Below, piece after piece: positions 10,096-19,336 of a stretch of DNA of 64,000 bases (positions are counted from its first letter, which is position 1; each line of letters opens with the position of its first letter). The notes under the pieces were generated by a model. The model saw only the letters and a program-made list of their open reading frames with translations. It was not told the DNA's origin and did not search any database. The stretch is taken from assembly GCA_963820525.1 (NCBI GenBank), contig CAWGAA010000001.1:832001-896000 (forward strand), in the 5' to 3' direction. Source of the stretch: an uncultured Spirochaetota bacterium (GTDB lineage Bacteria > Spirochaetota > Spirochaetia > SZUA-6 > Fen-1364). The translations under genes were made by a program, and so were the position numbers.

Positions 10096-10761
10096 TCAGC
10101 GCCTGGCCACTAAGAGCGGGTACTCCCTGCTCAACGCCGCGACCTTGGGGCGGTCCCACATCAGGATATATGGGTAATCCGGGTTTTTGTCCATGAAATG
10201 CTGGTGATAGTCCTCCGCTGGATAGAACGCTTCGAAGGGCACCAGTTGCGTCACAAGAGGATCCGAGAAGACGCCCGCGCGCCCGATGTCGCGGATATAA
10301 TCCTGCGCCACCCGCTTCTGCGCGTCGTTCATATAGAAGATCGCGGAGCGGTACTGAGTCCCATGGTCGGGACCCTGAAAGTTGAGCTCCGTCGGGTCGT
10401 GCGCGACGGAGAAGAATACCTGGAGGATCGTTCCAAAGGAGATGACGGACGGATTGTAGGTGATCTGGATCGATTCGGCATGGCCCGTGGATCCCGAGCT
10501 CACCATCTCATAATGGGCCGTTTCCTTGTCCCCGCCGGAATACCCGGAGACGACATCAGAAACGCCCTTGAGCCGCTCGAATACGCCTTCCATGCCCCAG
10601 AAGCAGCCCCCCGCCAGCACAACGACCTGAGTCCCCTTGGTCAGGGCGGGGTCGTCAGCCGGAGGATCCGGGAAGCTTGCCTCGGCGCGAGCCGCGCCGC
10701 TGAGAAAGAGGGTCGCAAACGCCAGAAAGGCGGCCAGAGGAAGCGTGAGAAATGCTTTCAT
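10096..10761 (-). CDS. msrA: Peptide-methionine (S)-S-oxide reductase with signal peptide
   Basis: GGCFWG, GTQYRS and AEDYHQ motifs; hydrophobic N-terminus; AGGAG RBS. Confidence 0.95.
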   Translation of the reverse strand: MKAFLTLPLAAFLAFATLFLSGAARAEASFPDPPADDPALTKGTQVVVLAGGCFWGMEGVFERLKGVSDVVSGYSGGDKETAHYEMVSSGSTGHAESIQITYNPSVISFGTILQVFFSVAHDPTELNFQGPDHGTQYRSAIFYMNDAQKRVAQDYIRDIGRAGVFSDPLVTQLVPFEAFYPAEDYHQHFMDKNPDYPYILMWDRPKVAALSREYPLLVARR

Positions 10762-10902
10762 GAAAGTACTCCTGATCAAATATTTGCACTGCTGGGAGGA
10801 GAGTCAAGGCATTTAGGAAGCGATGGGGGCGGATCGGCCTCCCAAGGCGGCCGAAAAGGGCAAACCGGCCGTTCGGGGGGACCCGCCCCGCGGCACCGGA
10901 AT

Positions 10903-10930
10903 TTGACAGGAGCCGAAGCGAAACTATAAT
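10903..10930 (+). promoter_or_regulatory. Consensus sigma70 promoter
   Basis: TTGACA (10903-10908), 16 nt, TATAAT (10925-10930). Confidence 0.65.
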
Positions 10931-12456
10931 TGAGAGGAGGTAGAGGGAGGGTCAGAGCCGCGGAGGGCTACGAGGCCGTCTACAGGAAAATTCGGGAAGC
11001 GCAAAGGCCGCCGTCGCTCTCCGCGAGGACCGTCGTAACTACGCCACGCTTCCTCTCCTATTACTTCCGCGAGATGCCGCGGATAGCCTCCTGGGCGAGG
11101 AGCTCCGCGCTCATCGACTTCTCGTTCCTGAAGCTCCGTCCCCTCCTTGCCTCCGATTTCAAGAAACGTCTCGACGAGCTTTTCCTCACCAATGTGCTTC
11201 CCGTCTATCCGCTTGTGGCGGAGATACTGAACGAGGGGTGGCGGTGGTGGCAGATCCTTTCGATCAGGGAATACAACACCGTCGTGCTCCTGGCCGACTT
11301 CAGCAAGAAAATGCTCGCCATCGAGCAATCGAAGAGACTGGCGTCAAACGATTTCATCAAGATGGTGGAGGCATATCTGCGGATCGCCAACCGCGCCGAA
11401 TACCCGGCCGCCCTCGTTTCCATTTTTACGCGGATCACGCAGGCAATCCCCCACGGCAGGGACGTCGTGGAGTCCCGGAGGATCGTCGAGAACCTGAAAT
11501 GCTTCTTCGATCCCGCCTGCCTCAGCCCTTCCTTCAACGACATGATCCTCGCCTACACGATGGTGGCATGCCGGCGCTTCGTCGAATGGGCCGACATCGT
11601 TCGGCCGAACCTCCCTCCCTTCGTCCAGGAGCTGTATTACGACTGCTCGCGGGAGGTTTTCGCGCGAATTCTCGAGTATCTCAGGCACCTCGAGCGCGAA
11701 ATCGACTCCCTGCAGAAGCAGAAAACCACGCTGGAATGGATCCAGGGTGCCGTAGATGAGGATGTTTCCGAAATGGTCACATCCTTCTACGCCGAGCTGG
11801 GCCGTACCTGGCATCTGGACAACGGCGACGCACATCTCCTGCTCATCTCGCTTTTGAGGGGCATCTCGCGGGCGCTGGAGGGACTTCTGGGCGATGGCTG
11901 GCAGGTCATGACGGGAAGAGAGAAGCTCTTGCGCATGAAAATCGTCTCCGATGCCGAGCTCAGCGCGTCGGTGGAGAAGCTCACATCGCTTGTCGATTCC
12001 GCCGGCGCGCGCTACAAGGCCTCGTCACCGCAGGGGATCCCCCTCGCCCGGTACCTGAGCACGGGATACCGCGCATCCCTCTTTCCGGGAGAGAACATCC
12101 ACGCCGTTGAGACCGCCCTCTCCGCCGCCCTCGACACGCTCTTCGAGATATCCCTTCTCATGAGAGACATCGCCGGCGGCTCGCGCGGTGATTACGCCGG
12201 CGAGTTCTACACCACACACATGGTGGACAGCCCGATCCGGTGGCGCGGAAAATCCGTCTCCGACGTGCTCGTCTTTCACATCGAGCTCGCCCTTCACGCG
12301 TGCTCCCTTTTCAAGGCCCGCGCCCTTTCGCGCGAGCTCGGCAGAATCCAGCTCGTGAACCAAAACCTTGACAAACTCTGCAGAGAAAAGAAGAATCTGG
12401 ATTCTTCGGGGACCCTCGGGGAATACGTGAAAGCAATGGAGAGCGCGCAGGCATAA
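10930..12456 (+). CDS. Hypothetical helical protein (start uncertain)
   Basis: 508-aa ORF with coding-like codon usage ending 2 nt before the next gene; no motif recognised. Confidence 0.75.
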   Translation: MRGGRGRVRAAEGYEAVYRKIREAQRPPSLSARTVVTTPRFLSYYFREMPRIASWARSSALIDFSFLKLRPLLASDFKKRLDELFLTNVLPVYPLVAEILNEGWRWWQILSIREYNTVVLLADFSKKMLAIEQSKRLASNDFIKMVEAYLRIANRAEYPAALVSIFTRITQAIPHGRDVVESRRIVENLKCFFDPACLSPSFNDMILAYTMVACRRFVEWADIVRPNLPPFVQELYYDCSREVFARILEYLRHLEREIDSLQKQKTTLEWIQGAVDEDVSEMVTSFYAELGRTWHLDNGDAHLLLISLLRGISRALEGLLGDGWQVMTGREKLLRMKIVSDAELSASVEKLTSLVDSAGARYKASSPQGIPLARYLSTGYRASLFPGENIHAVETALSAALDTLFEISLLMRDIAGGSRGDYAGEFYTTHMVDSPIRWRGKSVSDVLVFHIELALHACSLFKARALSRELGRIQLVNQNLDKLCREKKNLDSSGTLGEYVKAMESAQA

Positions 12457-12458
12457 GC

Positions 12459-12863
12459 ATGGATCAGTCCGGTCCTTCCCCCGAGACGCCCGCCATCCCC
12501 GCGTTCAAGAAGATCCTCGTAGTCGACGACATCGTGTATGTCGTAAAATCCATCACCAAGATCCTCAGGGATGAAGGGTACTTCATCCTCACCGCAACGA
12601 CAGGGAAGGAAGCCCTGGACAAGTACAGAAAGTATTCCCCCGAGCTCATGACGATCGACCAGAAGCTGCCCGACATGACGGGCCTCCAGCTCGTCGACGC
12701 GATACTCTCCCTCAAGTCGGATCCCCCTCCCAAGGTCATCTTCATCTCATCCGTGTACGACCGAAAGGAGATCGAGCGAATCATGAAGCACAAGATCGAC
12801 GATTATCTCCTGAAGCCGTTCCAAAAGAGCAAGCTCATCGAAGCCGTAAAGAGGCTGATATGA
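12459..12863 (+). CDS. Single-domain response regulator
   Basis: ILVVDD, MTIDQKLPDMTG and LLKPF motifs. Confidence 0.92.
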   Translation: MDQSGPSPETPAIPAFKKILVVDDIVYVVKSITKILRDEGYFILTATTGKEALDKYRKYSPELMTIDQKLPDMTGLQLVDAILSLKSDPPPKVIFISSVYDRKEIERIMKHKIDDYLLKPFQKSKLIEAVKRLI

Positions 12864-12900
12864 GGGCCGCCCGCCGGTGCATCGGATAGAGGCGGCGTGC

Positions 12901-15282
12901 ATGTCAGAAGACGTGACGACGCGATTCGATCCCGCACACGAGAAACAGGAGTTGAGCTGCCTCCACATCAGCTCGCTCCTCCGATACCTGGACGGCAGGC
13001 TCGGCCCCGAGCGGGTGGCCCAGGCGGTCGAGCCCCTGGGGCTTCCCCTCGCGTACCTGCGCAACACCGGCAATTGGGTATCCTTCGAGTTCACAAACTC
13101 CCTGATGGCAAAGCTGGTGGAAGCGACGGAAGACGAACAGGCCCCCTACAAGGCCGCTTTCAGCGTCAGGCCCCGGGAGCTGCGCGACTCCATGCTTTTC
13201 GCCGCGGGGGCGGCGATCCTGTCGGGATCTCCCAAGGCCGCCTATCGGATCAGCCTGGGATCCGACTCCTACAAACGCTGGATGAGGATCGGGGAGTTTT
13301 CCATCCTCGAATCATCCCCGACGTCCATGCGAGTGTCTCTGACCCTGAAAGAGGGGTATCGACAGACCCGCGCCTTCTGCCTCGCCGTTCAGGGGATGCT
13401 GGCAAGCGTGCCCCTGGCGATCGGGCTTCCGAAGGCCTCCATCCAGGAGATCCAATGCGCCGCGGAAGGAGCAGCCGGCTGCATGTACCTGGTGAAGTGG
13501 AAGAACAGGTCGAACAGGCCCCTCCTCTACGGCCTTCCTCTGTTGGCGGTCCTGCTCGCGGTGGAAGCCGTGTTCACCCCGTCGCTCTTTCACGTCCATG
13601 ACATCGCGATCACGTTTCTTTCGATTTCCACCCTGATGCTCCTGGCGCGCACCTTCCAATTCCGTAAATCGCTCCGCCAGGAGGAGAGCCTTTCGCAGGA
13701 ACGGGACGAGCTTCTCGTGAAGGCTCTGAAAAAGATCGAAAAAGACTACAGGCAGCTCTTCGAAATCCAGAGCCGTCTCGAGGAACGGACCCAGTTCCTT
13801 TCCATTGTCAATGAGGTGGCGGCAAGCATCTCGAGGGAGGCAAGCCTTCCCTCCCTCGTGGCCAATGTCGCAGCCTTGCTGCGGCAGCGCCTCGGTTTCT
13901 TCAAGGGAGAGTTCTTCCAGTATGACGAGCCCAACCGCCGGTACCTCTCCTTTATCAAGAAGGGCGCCATTCTCCCGGAAAGCGAATACCTCTCGCTTGA
14001 GACGAGACGCTTCAGCGTGCCCGCCTCCAACGTGAGCGCCGAGGCGTTTCCCACCATCCATGCCTGGCGCCGGACATCGAGCGCAGACCTGTACATCATG
14101 CCGGTCTTCGCCCCCGAGGCGTTCTCCGGCTTCTACTGCTTTCTCTCGGAATCGTCGCGCTCAAGCTCCCTCTCGCTCGTCGAGCCGCTTTTCGAGAGCA
14201 TCGCAAGTCAGTTGAAGGTGGCATTCCTGAAGATCGCCTCGAAAAACGTGATCGACACGATCCTGGCGAGCATCCCCGCGTACGTGCTCATCTTCAACCG
14301 CGATACCCTGATCGTGCGCTACGTGAACAAGCATTTCATGCAGTCCTTCACGAAGAGCGAAGCCGCGGCGGTGGGCTCCCCCCTCTTCTCGCTTTTTCCC
14401 TTCGCACCCGAGGCCCTCGGAAACATCGAATCGATCGCGCGCGGCATCGAGATGAGCGGGCGTTCCGCCGTCTTCGAGGCGGCCATCGGACCAAGCGTCT
14501 ACGAGTACAGCGTGTTCGCCATCCCGCAGGCGAGCGAGGGGGAGCGGCTCGCCGGGATCATCATCTCCGACATCAGCGAGGCGAAGTACTTCCAGAAGAA
14601 CCTCCTCATCAATGAAAAGCTTCTCGCCCTCGGGCGGGTTGCGAGCGGGATCGCCCACGAGATCAACAACCCGCTGTACGCGGTGCTCGCGAACGCGGAG
14701 GAGATCGTCGATGACCAAACGGTGAGCGGGGACTCCCGCGCCCTCGCCCAGGAGATCATCGAGCACGTGATGAACGTCTCCAACGTGATCAGGGACCTTT
14801 CCAACTATTCCAAGAGCCTGCGAAAGGAGGAGCGGACGGACATCGACGTGAACTCCGTGATCGAGGAGTCCCTGGTGCTCGTGAGGTACGGCTCCAACAT
14901 CATGGAAATCGACGTCGAAAAGGATCTCCGCCCGCTGCCTGCCCTCCGCGCCACCAAGGGGGAGATGCAGCAGGTCTTCATCAACATCTTCACGAACGCC
15001 ATCCATGCTATGGAGGGCAAAGGCACCCTTTCCATCCGTTCCCGCTGCGAGCAGGACGGCATCGAGGTGGCAATTTCAGACACCGGCACGGGAATCAGGG
15101 AGAGCGACCTTCCCTACATCTTCGATTTGTTCTTCACCACGAAGAAAACGGGCGAGGGCACGGGACAGGGCCTGTACATCGTCAAGAAGATCATGGCGAG
15201 CTACGGGGGAAGCATAGCCGTGCGAAGCGAGGAGGGGCGCGGGACGACGTTCACCCTCCGTTTCGATTCCAGGAGAAGCTGA
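12901..15282 (+). CDS. Sensor histidine kinase with N-terminal V4R/H-NOX-like domain, TM pair and GAF/PAS-like regions
   Basis: FCLAVQG...EIQCAAEGAAGCMY V4R-like cysteine pattern; H-box AHEINNPL; NAIHA; DTGTGI; GTGQGL. Confidence 0.88.
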   Translation: MSEDVTTRFDPAHEKQELSCLHISSLLRYLDGRLGPERVAQAVEPLGLPLAYLRNTGNWVSFEFTNSLMAKLVEATEDEQAPYKAAFSVRPRELRDSMLFAAGAAILSGSPKAAYRISLGSDSYKRWMRIGEFSILESSPTSMRVSLTLKEGYRQTRAFCLAVQGMLASVPLAIGLPKASIQEIQCAAEGAAGCMYLVKWKNRSNRPLLYGLPLLAVLLAVEAVFTPSLFHVHDIAITFLSISTLMLLARTFQFRKSLRQEESLSQERDELLVKALKKIEKDYRQLFEIQSRLEERTQFLSIVNEVAASISREASLPSLVANVAALLRQRLGFFKGEFFQYDEPNRRYLSFIKKGAILPESEYLSLETRRFSVPASNVSAEAFPTIHAWRRTSSADLYIMPVFAPEAFSGFYCFLSESSRSSSLSLVEPLFESIASQLKVAFLKIASKNVIDTILASIPAYVLIFNRDTLIVRYVNKHFMQSFTKSEAAAVGSPLFSLFPFAPEALGNIESIARGIEMSGRSAVFEAAIGPSVYEYSVFAIPQASEGERLAGIIISDISEAKYFQKNLLINEKLLALGRVASGIAHEINNPLYAVLANAEEIVDDQTVSGDSRALAQEIIEHVMNVSNVIRDLSNYSKSLRKEERTDIDVNSVIEESLVLVRYGSNIMEIDVEKDLRPLPALRATKGEMQQVFINIFTNAIHAMEGKGTLSIRSRCEQDGIEVAISDTGTGIRESDLPYIFDLFFTTKKTGEGTGQGLYIVKKIMASYGGSIAVRSEEGRGTTFTLRFDSRRS

Positions 15283-15283
15283 C

Positions 15284-15700
15284 ATGGGCGGCGACGTGAA
15301 ATCACAGGCGAAAAGGCTCCTCGTCATCGATGACGACATCTCCATTCAGAGGAGCATCCGCCGGCAGTTGAAGGCCTCGAGCGCGCTCGACATCGATTTC
15401 GAGGAGAATCCCCTCATGGGGCTTCGCAAGCTCGGCCAAACCCCCTACGACCTCGTGCTCTGCGATATCAAGATGAAACCGGTAAGCGGGCTGGAGCTGC
15501 TGGCGAAGATCAAGAAGCGCCACCCTGCGCTTCCCGTGATCATCCTGACGGGCCTCGTGGACGACCAGATCATCGAGGTTGCCCGCAGGATAGGCTCGAG
15601 CGCGTTTCTCTTCAAGCCGATCAGAAAGAACGAGCTGATCGAATCGATCTACAAGATCCTCAAGCTCCCCTTGACCGCGGCGGGGGGAAGCGAAGAATAG
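15284..15700 (+). CDS. Single-domain response regulator
   Basis: LLVIDDD, LCDIKM and FLFKP motifs. Confidence 0.92.
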   Translation: MGGDVKSQAKRLLVIDDDISIQRSIRRQLKASSALDIDFEENPLMGLRKLGQTPYDLVLCDIKMKPVSGLELLAKIKKRHPALPVIILTGLVDDQIIEVARRIGSSAFLFKPIRKNELIESIYKILKLPLTAAGGSEE

Positions 15701-15717
15701 GAGCCAGGGGCCCCAAC

Positions 15718-17838
15718 GTGAAGCATGTTTGCAGCTCGAAAGGAAAGCACGATGGCGCGGCGAAGCCGTCATACCGGCGCGGGAAGCCCCCTACCCTCAG
15801 CCGCTCTGCCGCGAAGACGACCGACCGGCCTCGCGGCTTCTCCGAGCTTGCCCTTCGCGACAGAAGGCTCACCCTCGAGATGCATGTCTACCCCTCGCCC
15901 ACGGGGCTTTCCGTGTACGCCCGCGACATCACGGAGCGCATGCGAATCGAGCGGATGCTCGACGATTCGGTGGACCAGATGGCCTCCATCCTGTCCATCA
16001 TCAGCGACGGGTTTTTCGCCGTCGATGAGCGGTGGATCGTGAGGTACTTCAATACCGCGGCAGGAAAGCTCCTCGGAGTCAAGCCCGAGTCTATCGTGGG
16101 AAAGCATCTGATCCAGGAGGCTTTCCCCGAGGCACGGGGCTCGATATTCGAGGAGAATTACGCGAAGGCCCTTTCGGAAAGGAAGCCTGTCGCTTTCGAA
16201 GCGTATTTCGGCATTGCCCCCTACCGGAACTGGTACGACGTGCGCATCTACCCGTTCCGCGGCGGGATCTCCGTGTACTTCCGCGTCACCACCGAGCGCA
16301 GGGAAGCCGAGGAAAGGATGCGCCTCCTGGAGACCGGCTTCGAGAACGTCTCCGACTCGATCGTCATCATGAAGGCGGTGGAACCCGATTCGCCGCGGAT
16401 CGTATACGCAAACCCGGCGTTCTACCGGATGTTCGGCTATGTCCCCTCCGAGGCGGCGGGGGATGCCGAATGGACAAACCCGCTTCACTGGCTCTCCGAT
16501 GAGATGATCCGCCAGATCGGGGATGAATCGCGGGGCAGGGCGCCCCTGCACACGGAGATCCCGGCGACTCGCAAGGACGGGAGCACGTTCCCCATGGAAA
16601 CACGAATCTCTCCGATCCACGGCACCGATGGGGCCTACTCCCACTACATCGCCATCATGCGCGATATCGCGGACAGGAAGCGAATCGAGGAGCAGCTGGC
16701 GCAGTCCCAGAAGATGGAGGCGATCGGCAAGCTGGCCGGGGGAGTCGCCCACGACTTCAACAACCTGCTTACCGTCATCAGCGGCTACTGCGATATCGCT
16801 CTGGACAGCGTGCCCAAGGGACACCCCATCGAGAGCGAGCTGGCCGAGATCAAGCGAGCAGCCCAGCGGGCTACGGGACTCACCTCGCAGCTGCTCGCCT
16901 TCAGCCGCAAACAAATCATGCAGCCGACGGTCTTCAACGTGAACAACCTGATCACGGGCATGGAGCAGATGCTGCGCAGGCTGATCCGGGAGGATATCGA
17001 GCTCGTCATATCCGGCCACCCGGAGCTGTGGAAGATAAGGGCGGACCCGGGACAGATCGAGCAGGTGATCATGAACCTCGTGGTCAACGCGCGCGACGCC
17101 ATGTCCAGCGGCGGCAGGCTCTCCGTAGAGACGGCGAACCAGTCGCTCGACGAGACCTACCGGTGGGAGCATCCGGAGGTCAGACCGGGAGAGTACGTGA
17201 TGGTGGCGGTGAGCGACACGGGGGCCGGAATGGACAAGGGAACCCTTTCTCGGATCTTCGAGCCGTTCTTCACGACAAAGGAGAAAGGAAGGGGAACCGG
17301 CCTTGGACTGCCGACCGCCTACGGCATCATCAAGCAGAGCGACGGCTACATCTTCTGCTACAGCGAGCTCGGCAAGGGAACCACCTTCAAGATCTACCTT
17401 CCCCGCGCCTCTACTGAGGTGGATGGAGAGCTCACCTCCGCGGCCGCGGGCCTCGACTTGAGGGGAAAGGCGACGATCCTCCTTGTGGAGGACGAGGAGG
17501 CGGTGCGCAGCCTCGCCTGCACGGTTCTCACGGCTCAAGGGTATACGGTGATCGAGGCACGCGACGGCGAGGAGGCGCTCTCCCTGATGGGCAAAGGGGG
17601 GCTCGGCGTGGAGCTCCTTCTCACGGACGTCGTGATGCCCCGGATGAACGGCAAAGAGCTGGCGCGCAGGATCTCCGCAATGCTCCCCGGGGTCAGGGTG
17701 CTCTCCATGTCGGGATACACGGAGAACGTGGTGGCCCGGGAGGACATCCTGGGGCCGGGCACCGACTTCATCCAGAAACCGTTCGATACGAAGGCGCTCC
17801 TTCGAAAGATCAAGGAAAACCTCTCGGGCAAGGGATAG
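15718..17838 (+). CDS. PAS-domain hybrid histidine kinase/response regulator (CckA-like)
   Basis: Two PAS domains, [16 protein letters not shown] and a C-terminal REC domain (LLTDVVMP). Confidence 0.93.
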   Translation: MKHVCSSKGKHDGAAKPSYRRGKPPTLSRSAAKTTDRPRGFSELALRDRRLTLEMHVYPSPTGLSVYARDITERMRIERMLDDSVDQMASILSIISDGFFAVDERWIVRYFNTAAGKLLGVKPESIVGKHLIQEAFPEARGSIFEENYAKALSERKPVAFEAYFGIAPYRNWYDVRIYPFRGGISVYFRVTTERREAEERMRLLETGFENVSDSIVIMKAVEPDSPRIVYANPAFYRMFGYVPSEAAGDAEWTNPLHWLSDEMIRQIGDESRGRAPLHTEIPATRKDGSTFPMETRISPIHGTDGAYSHYIAIMRDIADRKRIEEQLAQSQKMEAIGKLAGGVAHDFNNLLTVISGYCDIALDSVPKGHPIESELAEIKRAAQRATGLTSQLLAFSRKQIMQPTVFNVNNLITGMEQMLRRLIREDIELVISGHPELWKIRADPGQIEQVIMNLVVNARDAMSSGGRLSVETANQSLDETYRWEHPEVRPGEYVMVAVSDTGAGMDKGTLSRIFEPFFTTKEKGRGTGLGLPTAYGIIKQSDGYIFCYSELGKGTTFKIYLPRASTEVDGELTSAAAGLDLRGKATILLVEDEEAVRSLACTVLTAQGYTVIEARDGEEALSLMGKGGLGVELLLTDVVMPRMNGKELARRISAMLPGVRVLSMSGYTENVVAREDILGPGTDFIQKPFDTKALLRKIKENLSGKG

Positions 17839-17897
17839 GGCAGCGCCCAGGACAAGGTGCTTTGCTTTCCGATCGCGGTGGGATAAGATGCCGGGCG

Positions 17898-19325
17898 ATG
17901 CAGTACATCTCTGCCGCGGTCTCCTTCATCTTCAGCTTCAAGGCCTATGTCATGCTGCCCCTCATCATCCTGGTGGTGGGTCTGGCAATCAGGATGAAGA
18001 CGGGCCAGGCGCTTCTTTCGGCGCTCAGACTCGGCGTGGGATTCGCCGGAATCTTCATCGTATTCGATTTCTTCGTCTCTCAGATCGCCCCCGCCGTCTC
18101 GACCCTGGTGAAAGCCCGAGGGCTGGATTTCCCCGTGCTCGACGTGGGATGGCCTCCGCTGGCGGGCATCACATGGGCGTCCCAGATCGCCCCGCTCACC
18201 ATTCCCCTCGTCCTGGCGCTCAACCTGGCCATGCTCGCCCTCAACCTCACCCGCACCGTGAACATCGACATCTGGAACTACTGGCACTTCGCCCTCATCG
18301 GGGTCCTCATCCAGAGGACCTCCGGAAGCATTCTGCTGGGCCTTGCCGCAGTGGCTCTCATCGCCGCGTACTCGATCAAGCTCGCGGACTGGAACGCACC
18401 CCTGGTAGAGAAGGAGTGCGGCCTGAAGGGAATCAGCATCACGACCCTCTCCGTCAATGGGCTCCTTCCCTTCGGCATCGCCGCCGACCGTCTCATGGAC
18501 CGGATCCCCGGGATACGGCGGATCTCCCTCTCGCCCCGGCAGGCGGGCCGGCTCGGCATCCTCATGGAGCCGATGCTCATCGGCGTCGCCCTGGGGGTTT
18601 TCTTCGGAGCCCTGGCCGGCTACGACGCGAAGAAAATTCTCGAGCTCGCCGTGAACATCGCGGCGGTCATGTTCATCCTCCCCCAATGCGGCGGGCTGAT
18701 CGGCAAGGGCATGGAGCCCGTCTCGCTGCGGCTGAAATCGCTTATCCAGGGAAGGTTCCCGAAGAAGGATGTCCTCTACATGGGCATGGACGCCGGGGTG
18801 CTCATGCAGAACGGCGCCGTGATCGTGACCGGTCTCCTGCTCATGCCGATCAGCGTCGGCATCGCCTTCATCCTGCCGGGCAACAAGACCCTGCCCCTCG
18901 GGGACCTTGCAAACCTCATCGCCGTGATGTCGGTCATCGTGCTGGCCACCCGGGGAAACGTATTCCGCGCGGTGCTCATCGGAATACCGATCGTCGCGGC
19001 CTACCTCCTCATTTCCACGCATCTGGCCCCCCTGTTCACAAGCCTCTCCGCTCAGGTCGGGGCCGGATTCACCAACAGCTATTCAGGGCCGATCACCGCG
19101 TTCACCGACGGCGGCAACCCCGTACGCTTCTGGGTTCTCACCCTGTTTCAGGGGAACATCATCGCGTTCGCCGTGATCCCGGTCGCACTCGGCCTGATGT
19201 ACCTGTCATGGCGGAACTACAGAAAGCTCCTCGCCGAGGCGAAGACGGCGCCGGAGGGGCGGGCCGTTTACCACGCGGCCGAGACCGCGGATGCCGACAA
19301 AACTGGAAGCAGCCCTAAAGGGTGA
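17898..19325 (+). CDS. PTS galactitol-family IIC component (GatC-like)
   Basis: LDVGWP, TVNIDIWNYWH and LPGNKTLPLGDL motifs typical of GatC. Confidence 0.88.
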   Translation: MQYISAAVSFIFSFKAYVMLPLIILVVGLAIRMKTGQALLSALRLGVGFAGIFIVFDFFVSQIAPAVSTLVKARGLDFPVLDVGWPPLAGITWASQIAPLTIPLVLALNLAMLALNLTRTVNIDIWNYWHFALIGVLIQRTSGSILLGLAAVALIAAYSIKLADWNAPLVEKECGLKGISITTLSVNGLLPFGIAADRLMDRIPGIRRISLSPRQAGRLGILMEPMLIGVALGVFFGALAGYDAKKILELAVNIAAVMFILPQCGGLIGKGMEPVSLRLKSLIQGRFPKKDVLYMGMDAGVLMQNGAVIVTGLLLMPISVGIAFILPGNKTLPLGDLANLIAVMSVIVLATRGNVFRAVLIGIPIVAAYLLISTHLAPLFTSLSAQVGAGFTNSYSGPITAFTDGGNPVRFWVLTLFQGNIIAFAVIPVALGLMYLSWRNYRKLLAEAKTAPEGRAVYHAAETADADKTGSSPKG

Positions 19326-19336
19326 AAGTCGGGCGC

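Noticed and set aside
10850..10900. AAAGGGCAAACCGGCC, resembling the start of a c-di-GMP-I riboswitch
   Set aside because: It lacks the GNRA tetraloop and the downstream GACGCAAAGC element, and lies upstream of the promoter.
15769..17538. 589-aa antisense ORF, and similar long shadow ORFs (8815-10113, 17535-19022, 31785-32945, 33030-34349)
   Set aside because: They lie opposite well-supported genes, carry no motifs and are expected from high-GC codon bias.
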